Shown: piece by piece, positions 29,092-38,942 of the stretch
Position numbering within the stretch: the first letter of the stretch is position 1
Layout of the letters: every line of letters begins with the position of its first letter
DNA from: Myxococcota bacterium
GTDB taxonomy: Bacteria; Myxococcota_A; Polyangia; Nannocystales; Nannocystaceae
Direction: 5' to 3'
DNA: 64,000 nucleotides
Assembly (NCBI GenBank): GCA_039028615.1
Contig: JBCCHT010000048.1
Span: 1 to 64,000 of the forward strand
Translations under genes and position numbers: made by a program
Notes under the pieces: model-generated
Seen by the model: the letters and a program-made list of their open reading frames with translations, nothing else
Told to the model about the DNA's origin: nothing
The model's database searches: none

Positions 29092-29967
29092 ATGTTCGGC
29101 AAGACGATCTCCAACATGATGGTGAAGCCCCACCAATCGCCGCTGTTCGACGACCCGGCGAGCTACGGCGTCGACTTCGAGGACGTGAGCTTCGAGACCA
29201 GCGACGGCGTCACCCTTCGCGGCTGGCTCGTCAACGGCGGCAGCGACCGCGTGATCATCCAGACCCACTTCGGCGTGCAGTGCAATCGGGCCGGCTACGA
29301 CCCGAAGGGCAAGGGCCTCATCAAGATGTGGAAGACACCGATCACGTTCATGCGCCAGGCCAAGTACCTGCGTGAGAAGGGCTACTCGGTGCTCCTGTAC
29401 GACCTGCGCAACCACGGCAACAGCGACCTGGGCACCATGCCCTGGGTCAGCTGGGGCCCCGAGGAAGCCAAAGACGTCATCGCGGCGGTCGACTACATCT
29501 CGGGCCGCCCCGACTACAAAGACGCCAGCCTGGGACTGCTGAGCATCTGCATGGGTGCAGCCTCGACCACCTACGGCTACGGCCTCGAACACGGGCTGCG
29601 AGACCGGGCCAACATCAAGGCCCTGATCGCGGTGCAGCCCCTGCCCTACGAGCAGTTCATCGCTGCCTTCGGCATGCCGGGTTTCCTCGCCCGTGCGGGC
29701 GCCAAGGTCTCCCTCGACCGCACGGGCATCGACCTGGACAGCAAGACCTTCATCCCCGAGGTCAAGCACATCACCGTGCCCACGCTGGTGGTCCAGAACA
29801 AGAACGACCCGTGGAGCACGCCCGAGATCGTGCAGCAGTTCTACGATGAGCTGCAGGTCGAAAAAGAGGCGCTGTGGCTCGACTTGGTGAAGCAGCGCGC
29901 GGCGGCCTACGATTACTTGGGCACCCACCCGCAGTTCATCGACGAGTTCTTCGGAAAGTACATGTAG
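29092..29967 (+). CDS. Alpha/beta hydrolase fold protein
   Basis: DVSFETSDGVTLRGW, YDLRNHGNSD, elbow SICMG and NDPW. GGAGG RBS. Confidence 0.88.
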   Translation: MFGKTISNMMVKPHQSPLFDDPASYGVDFEDVSFETSDGVTLRGWLVNGGSDRVIIQTHFGVQCNRAGYDPKGKGLIKMWKTPITFMRQAKYLREKGYSVLLYDLRNHGNSDLGTMPWVSWGPEEAKDVIAAVDYISGRPDYKDASLGLLSICMGAASTTYGYGLEHGLRDRANIKALIAVQPLPYEQFIAAFGMPGFLARAGAKVSLDRTGIDLDSKTFIPEVKHITVPTLVVQNKNDPWSTPEIVQQFYDELQVEKEALWLDLVKQRAAAYDYLGTHPQFIDEFFGKYM

Positions 29968-30456
29968 ATGTCGACCGGCAAGAAAGTCCTGATCGGAGTC
30001 GCCGCAACCGGAGCCCTACTGATGACCTTTGCTTGGCTCGGACACAAATCGGTACACGCCGAACTCGTCATCGAGGCACCGCCGGAGAAGATCTGGGCGG
30101 TGCTCACCGACGCGCCGTCGTACTCGGAGTGGAACCCCGTGTTCGTCGATGTCCAAGGCGAGTACCGCCAGGGCGCGACGATGACCTACCAGATGAAGGA
30201 CCAAAAGGGCGCCATCACCGAGGTCAAGGCCGAGCTCATCAAGGTGGACCCGAACAAGGAACTCAACCAGTTCGGGGGCATGCGCGGCATCCTGACCTTC
30301 GACCACCACTGGATCCTCGAGCCGGTCGAGGGCGGGACCAAGGTGACCCAGCACGAGGACTATCGGGGCATCGGCGTGTGGTTCTGGGACCCGAGCTGGT
30401 TCGAGACGGCCTACGGCGAAGCGATCGCGGCGCTACGCGATCGCGTCACCTCCTGA
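29968..30456 (+). CDS. SRPBCC (START-like) domain protein with an N-terminal anchor
   Basis: IEAPPEKIWAVLTD..YSEWNP and GGTKVTQHE. Confidence 0.88.
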   Translation: MSTGKKVLIGVAATGALLMTFAWLGHKSVHAELVIEAPPEKIWAVLTDAPSYSEWNPVFVDVQGEYRQGATMTYQMKDQKGAITEVKAELIKVDPNKELNQFGGMRGILTFDHHWILEPVEGGTKVTQHEDYRGIGVWFWDPSWFETAYGEAIAALRDRVTS

Positions 30457-30468
30457 GCCCACGGCCGT

Positions 30469-32598
30469 CTAGGGTAGCTCTGCGGGCTCGTCGGCGCCCT
30501 CGAGGTCGGCGGCGGGCTCGGGCTCCAGTGCGGCCGGTCGTTCGTCCGCGGGCGGAGTTGCGTACCACCAGGGCTGCCCCGCGATGCGTAGCCAGCCCGT
30601 TCCCCCCTCGAACACATAGGCCGTGCCCTGCTGCGGGAGCACGCGCAGCGACCACGCGGGATCGGAAGGCACGGGCCCCGTGTGCAAGACCGGGGTGGCG
30701 ATCATGCTGCGCTCCGCGAGCCAGGCCTGGGCGTCGGCGACGGGGCCTCGGGTGTCGTCGACCCACGCCCCGCCCTGCCGCTGCAGCCGAAGGGTCTCGG
30801 CGCCGCGGGTCAGCTCGAGGCGACGGGCGTCGAGCAGCGCGCGCTCCAGGGGCAGCTCGACGAGCAGATCCTGCTTCAGCGTGTCGCAGGTGCCGGAGCT
30901 GACTCGGGCCGGTCGCTGCTCGTCCACCACCACGACGCAGGCATCGAACAGCGCAATCTCGAGGGAGAGGTCTTGGCCGCGCTTGGGGATCCGCTCGACG
31001 CGGAGGCGTCGCAGAGGCTGCGCCCCGGGGGGCAGCGAGACCCAGGCATCCGCCCGGAGCCCGGCCAGCGTGCTGAGCAGGGTCTCGAGGCGGAGTTCGT
31101 CGAGCGCCGCGTCCCCCTGCGGATGCGACGGCGCATCGAGGCGCCAGATGCCGAGGTCGAAGTGCACGCTCTGCCGCACCACGGTCGCCGCGTCGGTGCC
31201 CGGGAAGACCTCGATCGCCCGCACGTCCTCGCTGGGCAGCGACAGCAGGCGGCGCTCCGCGAACGTGTCGACATCGAAGGCCAAGGGCGGAACCGGACCC
31301 CGCAGTCGCAGGATGGGGCCGTCGTCTCGCTGACACCGCCGCGGCTGCTCGTCGGTGCAGCGCAGGCGCAGCTCGGCCGTGCTGTCGGTGACCAAGGACA
31401 GGTCCACCGTGGGCTCGAAGGGCGTCGCGTCCCCGACCACGAGCTCGACCTCGGCTTCGTGCAGCGCCCGATACCAGCGGTAGGCCTCCGGCTCGTCGAC
31501 ATCGAAGACCGCCGTGCGCCCCTGCGCGTCGGTCTCGATGCGCCACCCGCCGCCGTAGCGCCTCAAGACGCGGGGCTCGGGCGCACGCAGGTCGACGCGC
31601 AGCACTCGACCGTACTCGTGCGGCAACAAGCGCGGGTCGAGCAGCGCCGCGGCATCGGCCCCCGGTCGGCCGGGCATGGGCCACGGCTGCACGACCCCGG
31701 CGTCCACACAGCCCCAGCGTCCGGGGCCGCGATCGATGAGCACGCGATCGTCTCGCCCGGGGCACGTGCCGTGCCTGCGGATCGACCAGTCGGAGCCGTC
31801 GCGCCCCTCGATGCGCAGCCAGGGTGCACCGGGCTCGTCGCGAGGCTCCACCAGGGGGTCGAGACGCGCGGAGACGAGACGATCGAGCTTGGCCTCCACC
31901 GCCACTCGATCGAGCATCGTGGCCGGCCCGCTCCCCAGTCCTCCGCGCCAGTGACCATCGAGGCCGCGGCGAATCTCGAGCTCGCCGTCGGCCAGCGCAA
32001 CCACGTCGACGGGGTCGGCCACCACCAAGCGGCGGGCCAGCCACGTCTCGGGGGCCTGCTTGACCAGCACGCCCAGCTCCGACTCGAGCACCCACAGCCC
32101 CTCGGTCCCCTCGGCGCCGCCTTCGACTGCCCCGTAGAGCCCGACGTCGTCGGCGGTGGGCCGGCCGAGCACGAGCGTTCGCGTGCCGCCCTGGGGCAGC
32201 TCGATCACCAGCGTGCCGCCGTCGCCCAAGCCGGGCTCGGGCACGTCGCTGGCCGCCCGTAGCGTGGTGGCCAGGCGCAGCGAGTCCCAGACGCCCTCGA
32301 CCGCCTCGGGATCCGCCGGTCCTAGCACTTCGTCGCCGAGCACGACCTGGTGCCCCAAGCCCGCGGGGCGCAGTCGGACGGGCTCGCCGTGCGACGGCCA
32401 CAGCTCGATGGTCGCGCCCGCGGAATCGGTGGTGGCCAGCTCGGGCAGCACTCGCCATGCCGCGGAGCGCGTGGACACCAGGGTCGCGGACGCCGAGTCT
32501 TCGTCGCGCGCGTCGTAGTGCGCCCAGCCGACCGAAGCCACGGCGATGGCCAGCCACGCCCATGTGGCCTTCGAAGGCGCGATGGCATCGAGCTTCAT
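30469..32598 (-). CDS. DUF4340-like repeat protein associated with a GldAFG-type ABC system
   Basis: N-terminal TM and repeated beta-rich units. ATGA overlap with the upstream GldFG stop. Confidence 0.7.
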   Translation of the reverse strand: MKLDAIAPSKATWAWLAIAVASVGWAHYDARDEDSASATLVSTRSAAWRVLPELATTDSAGATIELWPSHGEPVRLRPAGLGHQVVLGDEVLGPADPEAVEGVWDSLRLATTLRAASDVPEPGLGDGGTLVIELPQGGTRTLVLGRPTADDVGLYGAVEGGAEGTEGLWVLESELGVLVKQAPETWLARRLVVADPVDVVALADGELEIRRGLDGHWRGGLGSGPATMLDRVAVEAKLDRLVSARLDPLVEPRDEPGAPWLRIEGRDGSDWSIRRHGTCPGRDDRVLIDRGPGRWGCVDAGVVQPWPMPGRPGADAAALLDPRLLPHEYGRVLRVDLRAPEPRVLRRYGGGWRIETDAQGRTAVFDVDEPEAYRWYRALHEAEVELVVGDATPFEPTVDLSLVTDSTAELRLRCTDEQPRRCQRDDGPILRLRGPVPPLAFDVDTFAERRLLSLPSEDVRAIEVFPGTDAATVVRQSVHFDLGIWRLDAPSHPQGDAALDELRLETLLSTLAGLRADAWVSLPPGAQPLRRLRVERIPKRGQDLSLEIALFDACVVVVDEQRPARVSSGTCDTLKQDLLVELPLERALLDARRLELTRGAETLRLQRQGGAWVDDTRGPVADAQAWLAERSMIATPVLHTGPVPSDPAWSLRVLPQQGTAYVFEGGTGWLRIAGQPWWYATPPADERPAALEPEPAADLEGADEPAELP

Positions 32599-34829
32599 CG
32601 TCGCCGCCTCCATGCCACCCATGCCCCGAGCACGATGCCGAAGCCGGGCAGGCCGAACAGGCACATCCAGACCATGCGCTGCAGCTGCTGCGGTCGCAGG
32701 ACCAGCTTGACGTGCTCTCGTGCGCGCGGGCGGATGCCCAGCAGCGCCTCGCGATCGGTCAGCCACCCGACGGCGTTGAGGATGAGGTCTCGCCCGTGGT
32801 CGTAGCCGATGTCGCCCCGCAAGTAGGCGTTGAGAGCGAACTTGTCGGAGGCGATCACGACCAGACGCGAGCTGCCCCGCTCGCCCGCGGCCGCCACAGG
32901 CACCGGGCCTTCCCGATCGCGCTCGCCCTGCTCGGCCCCTTCTCCCGCCCGCAGCGCAGCGATGTCCGCCTCGGCCCAGCCCTCTTCGCTCGCCTGGACC
33001 AGCAGCTCGGGCTCACGCGCCTCGGGCACGGCCGACAGCGTCAGCTCGCGCGCCTGAATGAAGCTGACGGGGCGCCCCCACAGGGCACGTACGGCCGGGT
33101 GCTCGCCCCAGCCGTCGACCAGCGTGAACGCCAGCAGCGGCGACCCGCCCGGCATGCCGTGGGGATCGAGCACCACCCGATCGCCGAACACGATGCCGTA
33201 GCGCGCCGCGAGGGGCTCGAGCCCGTGGTCGATCAGCCCGTCGCCGTCGGGACGCGCCACCGCGCCGGTCAGCAGCAGCAGGTCTCCGCCGTGCTCCGCC
33301 CATTGCTCGACCGTGCGAAGCTCGGCCGGCGACAGCGAACCGCTGGGGCCCGCCACCAACAGGACCTGACAGCCCGCCAAGCCCTCGGCCACCTCGAGGT
33401 CGGCGTGTCGCAGCTCGAGGTTCGCCCGCCGCAGCAAGTCCCCCAGGTGGGCATAGCCACCAAAGGGCTCCAGGCCGTCGAAGGGCGGCTCTCCGTGCCC
33501 CTGCGTGTGGCAGACGGTGATCTCCATCGGGTTGCTGACCTGGATGAACGCCGACAGCAACGCCTCCTCGCCGCGGAACTCCTTGACCCGAGGACCGGTG
33601 GCCTGCACGTCGGGCCCGGTCGCATAGGTCACCAGCTCGCCCGGCAGCACGTGGGTCTTGCGGAGCTGGGCTCCCTGCCCCGCTCGCACCAGCACCACGC
33701 CGTCGGCCAGGTCGCGGCCGCCCAGGCCAAACTCGGCGACCAGCTGCTCTGCCTCTTGGCGATCGCGATCCGGGTCGAGCACCCGCACCCGCAGGTTCTT
33801 GGTGTGCTCGCCCATGCGCGTGAGCACCTCGCGAAGCTCCTGCGCCAGGGGGTTGGGCCGCCCACCGCCGATGGTGGCGGGCACCAACACCCGCACGTCG
33901 ACGGGCCCCGGCAGATCGGCGAGCACCGACTCGGCCCGGGGCGACAGCGAGTACACGCGCCCGCCCGTCCAGTCGTCGCGCGACGAGTGCCGGGCCCCCG
34001 CCCACGAAAGGTGCCCCACCGCCAGCCCCAGTAGCACCAGCTGGAGCACGTGCTCGGCCCGGCGCCGTGGATCGATGACCACCACCGCCGCCGCCAAGCT
34101 GATGGTGACCACCGCCCCGTGCAGCCACAGCCAGCGCCCGTCCACGATGCCCTGGGCCAGCTCCTGCATCATCGTCAGCAGGCTGGTGCGCTCGAGCACC
34201 CGCGCCAGCGCTTCGGACTCGACCTGGTCGACCAACAGCCCCGCGAGCAACACGATGGTGCACACCACGAAGCTGCCGATGGCCGCGCCCAGCTGGCTGC
34301 GCGACAAGGCGCTGGCCAGCAGCCCAATGGCCAAAAAGCTCGCCCCGACGAGCGCCGTGCCCATGTAGCCCGACGCGATGGGACCGAGATCCGGCTGGAC
34401 CTGGGCGCCGCGCAGCAGCAGATAAAACACCGCCGTGGGCAGCCACAGCGCAGCATAAAAGCCCATCGCGCCCGCGAACTTGCCCAGCACCACCTGGGCC
34501 GGCGACAGCGGAGCGGTGAGCAGCGCCTCGAGCGTGCCCTGCTTCTTCTCTTCGGCCAAAAGGCGCATGCTGATCGCCGAGCACAGAAACAGCACGGGCA
34601 ACCAGAAGATGAAGAAGCTGCCCCCGAAGTAGAACTGCATCACGGGGCCGGGCGCCGCCAACGGATCGTTGAGCACTCGCAGCAGCAGCGCGAAGTTCCA
34701 GCCCTGCAGCAGCAGGAACAGGGTGCCCACCACATAGGCCAGCGGCGTCACGAACAGCGACAGCAGCTCGCGATAGGCGATGGAGGCGGTGCCCCCCACC
34801 CAGCCCGGGGCGCGTCGGGCCGCGCTCAT
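32595..34829 (-). CDS. Fused ABC-2 permease (GldF-like) and GldG-like auxiliary domain
   Basis: RELLSLFVTPLAY, AEEKKQGTLEALLTAP, DWT..RVYSLS, TQGHGE and LILNAVGWL. Confidence 0.85.
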   Translation of the reverse strand: MSAARRAPGWVGGTASIAYRELLSLFVTPLAYVVGTLFLLLQGWNFALLLRVLNDPLAAPGPVMQFYFGGSFFIFWLPVLFLCSAISMRLLAEEKKQGTLEALLTAPLSPAQVVLGKFAGAMGFYAALWLPTAVFYLLLRGAQVQPDLGPIASGYMGTALVGASFLAIGLLASALSRSQLGAAIGSFVVCTIVLLAGLLVDQVESEALARVLERTSLLTMMQELAQGIVDGRWLWLHGAVVTISLAAAVVVIDPRRRAEHVLQLVLLGLAVGHLSWAGARHSSRDDWTGGRVYSLSPRAESVLADLPGPVDVRVLVPATIGGGRPNPLAQELREVLTRMGEHTKNLRVRVLDPDRDRQEAEQLVAEFGLGGRDLADGVVLVRAGQGAQLRKTHVLPGELVTYATGPDVQATGPRVKEFRGEEALLSAFIQVSNPMEITVCHTQGHGEPPFDGLEPFGGYAHLGDLLRRANLELRHADLEVAEGLAGCQVLLVAGPSGSLSPAELRTVEQWAEHGGDLLLLTGAVARPDGDGLIDHGLEPLAARYGIVFGDRVVLDPHGMPGGSPLLAFTLVDGWGEHPAVRALWGRPVSFIQARELTLSAVPEAREPELLVQASEEGWAEADIAALRAGEGAEQGERDREGPVPVAAAGERGSSRLVVIASDKFALNAYLRGDIGYDHGRDLILNAVGWLTDREALLGIRPRAREHVKLVLRPQQLQRMVWMCLFGLPGFGIVLGAWVAWRRRR

Positions 34830-35851
34830 GCGTCCGCCCTCGCATCGTCGGAGGCTTCGGGGGTCGAGCTTCGGTCCCCGCCCGTCACCTGAGCAAAGCG
34901 CTCTTCGAGCCGGGTTCGACCCGCGCGCAGCTCGAGCAGCACCAAGCCCGCGTCCTTCGTCGCACGCCCCAGCGCCGCCATGACCGGCTCGACGGCGAGG
35001 CCCTCGGGCACCCGCACCGTGACCTCGCTTCGCTCATCGTCGACGGCCTCGGGAGCATCGGGCGTGCCCGCGGCATCCAGCGCCGCCCATGCCTGCTCGA
35101 CGACGGCGGCGGCCGCTTCGGCATCGGCGTGCCAGGCCGCGACCACGTGCTGTCCTGCCGTCGCGGAGGCCAGGTCTTCATCGGCCACCACCCGCCCCTC
35201 GGACAGGATCACCACCCGATCGCACAGCAGCTCCACCTCGGCCAGGATGTGACTGGAGAACACCAGCGTGTGCTCGCCCCCGAGTTCCTTGAGCATGGCC
35301 CGAATCTCTCGCACCTGGTTGGGGTCGAGACCCACCGTGGGCTCGTCGAGGATGACCACGGGGGGCGCTCCGAGCAGGGCGTCGGCCACCCCGACCCGCT
35401 GCCGATACCCACGGCTGAGCTGCGCCACGGGGGTGTCGAGCACGTCGGCGATGCCCGTCGCCTCCGCCACGCGCCCGATCTCCGCGGCTCGGCGTCGTCG
35501 CGGCACGCCCTTGATCCGCGCCCGGAACTCCAGGTGCTCCCGCGCCCGCAGCTCGTAGTACAGCGGCACGTGCTCGGGCATGTAGCCCACGCAGGCCCGA
35601 GCATCACGGGAGCGGGTCAGCACGTCGAAGCCGGCCAGCTCCACCCGCGCGCCCGGGGAGCGAGACACGGGCAAGAAGCCGCAGCAGATCCGCATGAGCG
35701 TGGACTTGCCCGCGCCGTTCGGCCCGAGCAGCCCGAGCCGCTCGCCGGCCTCCACGCGTAGCGACACGTCTTCGAGGGCGGAGCGCTCGGCCCCCGGGTA
35801 GCGGTGGCTGAGCGCCTCGACCCACAGCGCAGCGCGATCGGGCGGGCTCAC
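34826..35851 (-). CDS. ABC transporter ATP-binding protein (GldA-like)
   Basis: GPNGAGKST, LSRGYRQRVG, ILDEPTVGLDP and SSHIL. GTGA overlap with the upstream stop. Confidence 0.93.
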   Translation of the reverse strand: MSPPDRAALWVEALSHRYPGAERSALEDVSLRVEAGERLGLLGPNGAGKSTLMRICCGFLPVSRSPGARVELAGFDVLTRSRDARACVGYMPEHVPLYYELRAREHLEFRARIKGVPRRRRAAEIGRVAEATGIADVLDTPVAQLSRGYRQRVGVADALLGAPPVVILDEPTVGLDPNQVREIRAMLKELGGEHTLVFSSHILAEVELLCDRVVILSEGRVVADEDLASATAGQHVVAAWHADAEAAAAVVEQAWAALDAAGTPDAPEAVDDERSEVTVRVPEGLAVEPVMAALGRATKDAGLVLLELRAGRTRLEERFAQVTGGDRSSTPEASDDARADA

Positions 35852-37020
35852 CCGGCCGATGGTGCCGTGCCCTCGCCCGCAACGGAACCCGCGGCGGGAC
35901 TCGGGTCGGCGGGCGCTTTGGCGGGCGCGGGCTCGGCCTCGTCCGCAGGCGCGATGGTGCTGCGCTGCGTAGGCGCGACCGGAGCTGACGCCGCGCGAGG
36001 AACCTCGCCTTCGGTGGCGCGCGGATCGTCGTCGGGCAAGCGCGGACGCTCGGTGGCCTCGACCTCGACCGGCTCGCGAGCGATCTCCGTGATGGCCCAC
36101 TCCACCGCTTCCTTCGTCTCCGGGTCCCGCTCGGTCTCCTGCTGCGTCTTCAGCACGGGCAGGTAGCTGGACAGCCGCTGGATGCCCATGACCCGAGCGA
36201 TGGCCGCTCGCACCTTGGCGTCGGGGTCGGAGCGCAACGCGTAGATCAACGCCACCGCGGTGCCCTGGTCGGCCGCGGCCGCCAGCGCGTTCGCGCAGCC
36301 GATGCGCTCGTCGACGTCGACCACGTAGTTGCCGTTGTCGTCGTGCAGCGTGAGCCCGTCGATGAGCCCCTTGCGGCGGCGCTCGTAGTCCACGTAGGCC
36401 TGCACGCTGCCCTCTTGGTCGCCCGCTCGCAGGCGCAGCTCGCCGAGCGCCAGCCAGTTCTCGAGGTTGTCGGGGTCGAGCTCGGCCGCCTTTTCCTGCG
36501 CCTTCACGGCCCCGGGCAAGTCGCCCACGCGCGCCGACGCCAAGGCCAACGCCATGTGCGGGCCCGCGTCGTCGGGCACCAACTTGGCCGCGTGTTGATA
36601 GAAGCCCGACGCCTTGAGCGAGTCACCGCGCGCATCGAAGAGCGAGCCGAGCAGCAACGCCGCGTTGGCCCGCAGCGGCTTGGCCTCGGACCCGTTGGCG
36701 ATCTCTTCGAGCTCGGCGCGGATCTTCGGGAATCGCGCGCTCTTGGCGAGATCGGGATCGCGGTCGAGCTCGTCCTTGATCTTCAGGTAGCGAATGGCGG
36801 CTTCGTCGTCCGACTTCTTCTCGCCGTCGGCCCCCGCGCTTTCGCCCTTGGACGCGGAATTGGCCGCCGGATTGGGTACTGGCTCACGCGAAGGCGCATT
36901 GTCGCAGCCTCCGAGGGTGAGCGCGCCGACCACCAGCCAAGCAGCCGAAAGACGACGGCCTCCTGGAGCAAGAACATTCCAACCGGAATTCTCGCGTCTT
37001 TTCCGCCAATTCACGGACAT
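35848..37020 (-). CDS. TPR/HEAT repeat lipoprotein
   Basis: Lipobox LGGC, TPR motif AAELDPDN and HEAT motif DPDAKVRAAIARVMG. Start is uncertain. Confidence 0.75.
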   Translation of the reverse strand: MSVNWRKRRENSGWNVLAPGGRRLSAAWLVVGALTLGGCDNAPSREPVPNPAANSASKGESAGADGEKKSDDEAAIRYLKIKDELDRDPDLAKSARFPKIRAELEEIANGSEAKPLRANAALLLGSLFDARGDSLKASGFYQHAAKLVPDDAGPHMALALASARVGDLPGAVKAQEKAAELDPDNLENWLALGELRLRAGDQEGSVQAYVDYERRRKGLIDGLTLHDDNGNYVVDVDERIGCANALAAAADQGTAVALIYALRSDPDAKVRAAIARVMGIQRLSSYLPVLKTQQETERDPETKEAVEWAITEIAREPVEVEATERPRLPDDDPRATEGEVPRAASAPVAPTQRSTIAPADEAEPAPAKAPADPSPAAGSVAGEGTAPSAG

Positions 37021-37067
37021 CGCGGGGAGGTTGCCACAAATCGTCTGGGTCATGATACGCTCGCAAT

Positions 37068-38810
37068 GTGGGGTTTGTGCGGAAGCTGCGATCATTAGCG
37101 GTCGCAACCGTCCTAACCGGTCTGGGCCCGGCGGCGTGCATCGCCGATCCGATGGTGCCCTGTGATGAGTTCGACGCGGGTGAGGCTTCCGACAACCAAG
37201 TCGACCGCGCCCACGTAGGTCCGATCGCCGCGATCGCCATGAAGGATTCGTTCCTCCTGCGGAACGTGTGCGATGGCGACGACTGCAAGTTCGATCGACT
37301 GCCCCTGCCCGAGCTGAGTGCCGGGAGCCAGCTCATGCTGAGCACGGCCGGCCACTTCCTCGTCGGCATCGACGACGACACCGGACGTATCTGGACTCAC
37401 GAGTTCGATGACAATGGTCATCGAAAGAACAAAGAGCAGACCTATGTCCACCCCGACGACGGGCCGGCGATGCTGGTCATCGGCCTGCGCGACAGTGATT
37501 CCCTGATTGTGAGGGACCGCAGCAATCGGCTGGCGGTCTACGAGCCGCGCGGCTACCAGGCGCTGCCCATCGCCGACGACCTCGGCCCCAACGCGCGACT
37601 GGCCGCGGTGGGTGAGCACGACGTCGTGGTGCGGATCGATCACGACAACGGTACCGAGAGCCTGTACATGGTCGACGTGGGCGACGAGCCCCTGCCGGGC
37701 AAGCTTCGTCGCATCGCGCCTCCGCTGAAGATCGCAACCGGTCATTTCACGAGCGTGGTCTTCGGGCCCGGTGACGGGACGCTGGTGCTGTCCTCGGGCA
37801 AGGGTCGCGACGCCAGCGTGATCGTCGTGGACGTGGCCACGACGACGGTCATCGACGCCTTCGAAGGCGACGTGATCAGTGCGCCGCAAGACAACGACAA
37901 GCGCGCGGTCGAAGAGTTCCCCGGGCTGCACGCAATCTCGCCCAGCGGCGACCAGATCGCGTACCGCACGGTGTCCGGCAGCCTGGCCGTGCGCCGCCTG
38001 GGCACGCAATCGTCCTGCCTGGTGCGCAATACCAACCGCTTGGGCACGGGCCGCGACCCGGGCAACAACGACGGCAACCACGTGGCCGCCGGGTTCTCCG
38101 CCGACGGCATCATCTACGCCCAGTACCGGGTCGGGACCGCGCAGAGCTTCGTCTACGCCTACGAGCCTCAGCACCAGCAGATGACCACGCTGGGTCGCGA
38201 GGAATCGGGCTGGCGCCTCACCGCCGTGCCCGGTCGCGTGACCGCGCCCGACGGTGAAGCCGAGCAGCTGTGGGCCGTGGGCCGCCGCGACTTCGGCGAG
38301 TACAGCAGCATCGGAGAGCGCGGCGCCGAGGGCAACGTGATCAGCACCGAGCTGATGTTCATGCCCCGCAACGACAAGGGCGTATGGGCGCTCGACGTCG
38401 CGGACGACATCGAAGACGACGCCAACGTCACCGGTGCCCTCTCGGTTCGGCGCATCGAGCCGCCGACCTGGACCGACGGCAACCTCCGCTTCGATCAACA
38501 GCCCGAGGATCAGATCATCGACCACTTCGTGGGCGACGACGACGAGGGCCCGCTCCTGCTTCCCGTCAGCGGCACCATGTGTGTGAGCAGCGGCGTCCCC
38601 GGGCGCTGGGCGTACCACTGCGGCGACCTGAGCAGCGACGGCTCTCGGATCACGACGAACTCGGGCAACCAAGAGCGACACGCCGATCCGAATAGTCAGC
38701 CCGAGTTCGATCCGCCCCCGCCCGCGCCCAGCGACGACGGCGAGGACGAAGAAGACGAGGAAGACCAAGAGGACGACAGCGGCGACGACGGCGACCCCAC
38801 CCGTAACTAG
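37068..38810 (+). CDS. Hypothetical beta-rich (propeller-like) lipoprotein with an acidic tail
   Basis: Lipobox PAAC, blade-like turns FGPGDG, ISPSGD and FSADG, and a D/E-rich C-terminus. Confidence 0.7.
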   Translation: MGFVRKLRSLAVATVLTGLGPAACIADPMVPCDEFDAGEASDNQVDRAHVGPIAAIAMKDSFLLRNVCDGDDCKFDRLPLPELSAGSQLMLSTAGHFLVGIDDDTGRIWTHEFDDNGHRKNKEQTYVHPDDGPAMLVIGLRDSDSLIVRDRSNRLAVYEPRGYQALPIADDLGPNARLAAVGEHDVVVRIDHDNGTESLYMVDVGDEPLPGKLRRIAPPLKIATGHFTSVVFGPGDGTLVLSSGKGRDASVIVVDVATTTVIDAFEGDVISAPQDNDKRAVEEFPGLHAISPSGDQIAYRTVSGSLAVRRLGTQSSCLVRNTNRLGTGRDPGNNDGNHVAAGFSADGIIYAQYRVGTAQSFVYAYEPQHQQMTTLGREESGWRLTAVPGRVTAPDGEAEQLWAVGRRDFGEYSSIGERGAEGNVISTELMFMPRNDKGVWALDVADDIEDDANVTGALSVRRIEPPTWTDGNLRFDQQPEDQIIDHFVGDDDEGPLLLPVSGTMCVSSGVPGRWAYHCGDLSSDGSRITTNSGNQERHADPNSQPEFDPPPPAPSDDGEDEEDEEDQEDDSGDDGDPTRN

Positions 38811-38942
38811 CGTAGGGTGAGTCATCGTCGTGGCCCGGACGATCCCATCGGCCGGGGATGGTTGTGGACCGCTATGCGCCGCGTGGCACCAATCGGACAC
38901 GCCCGGGTCACGCGACCCCTCGAGCGGGGGTAAGCTCCGCGC

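Noticed and set aside
27902..30456. AraC-hydrolase-SRPBCC islet as a mobile element
   Set aside because: No transposase, integrase, terminal repeats or target duplication were seen.
37045..37060. GG-N10-GC element (TGGGTCATGATACGCT) before the 37068 gene
   Set aside because: It is a poor match to TGGCAC/TTGC and too close to the start codon.
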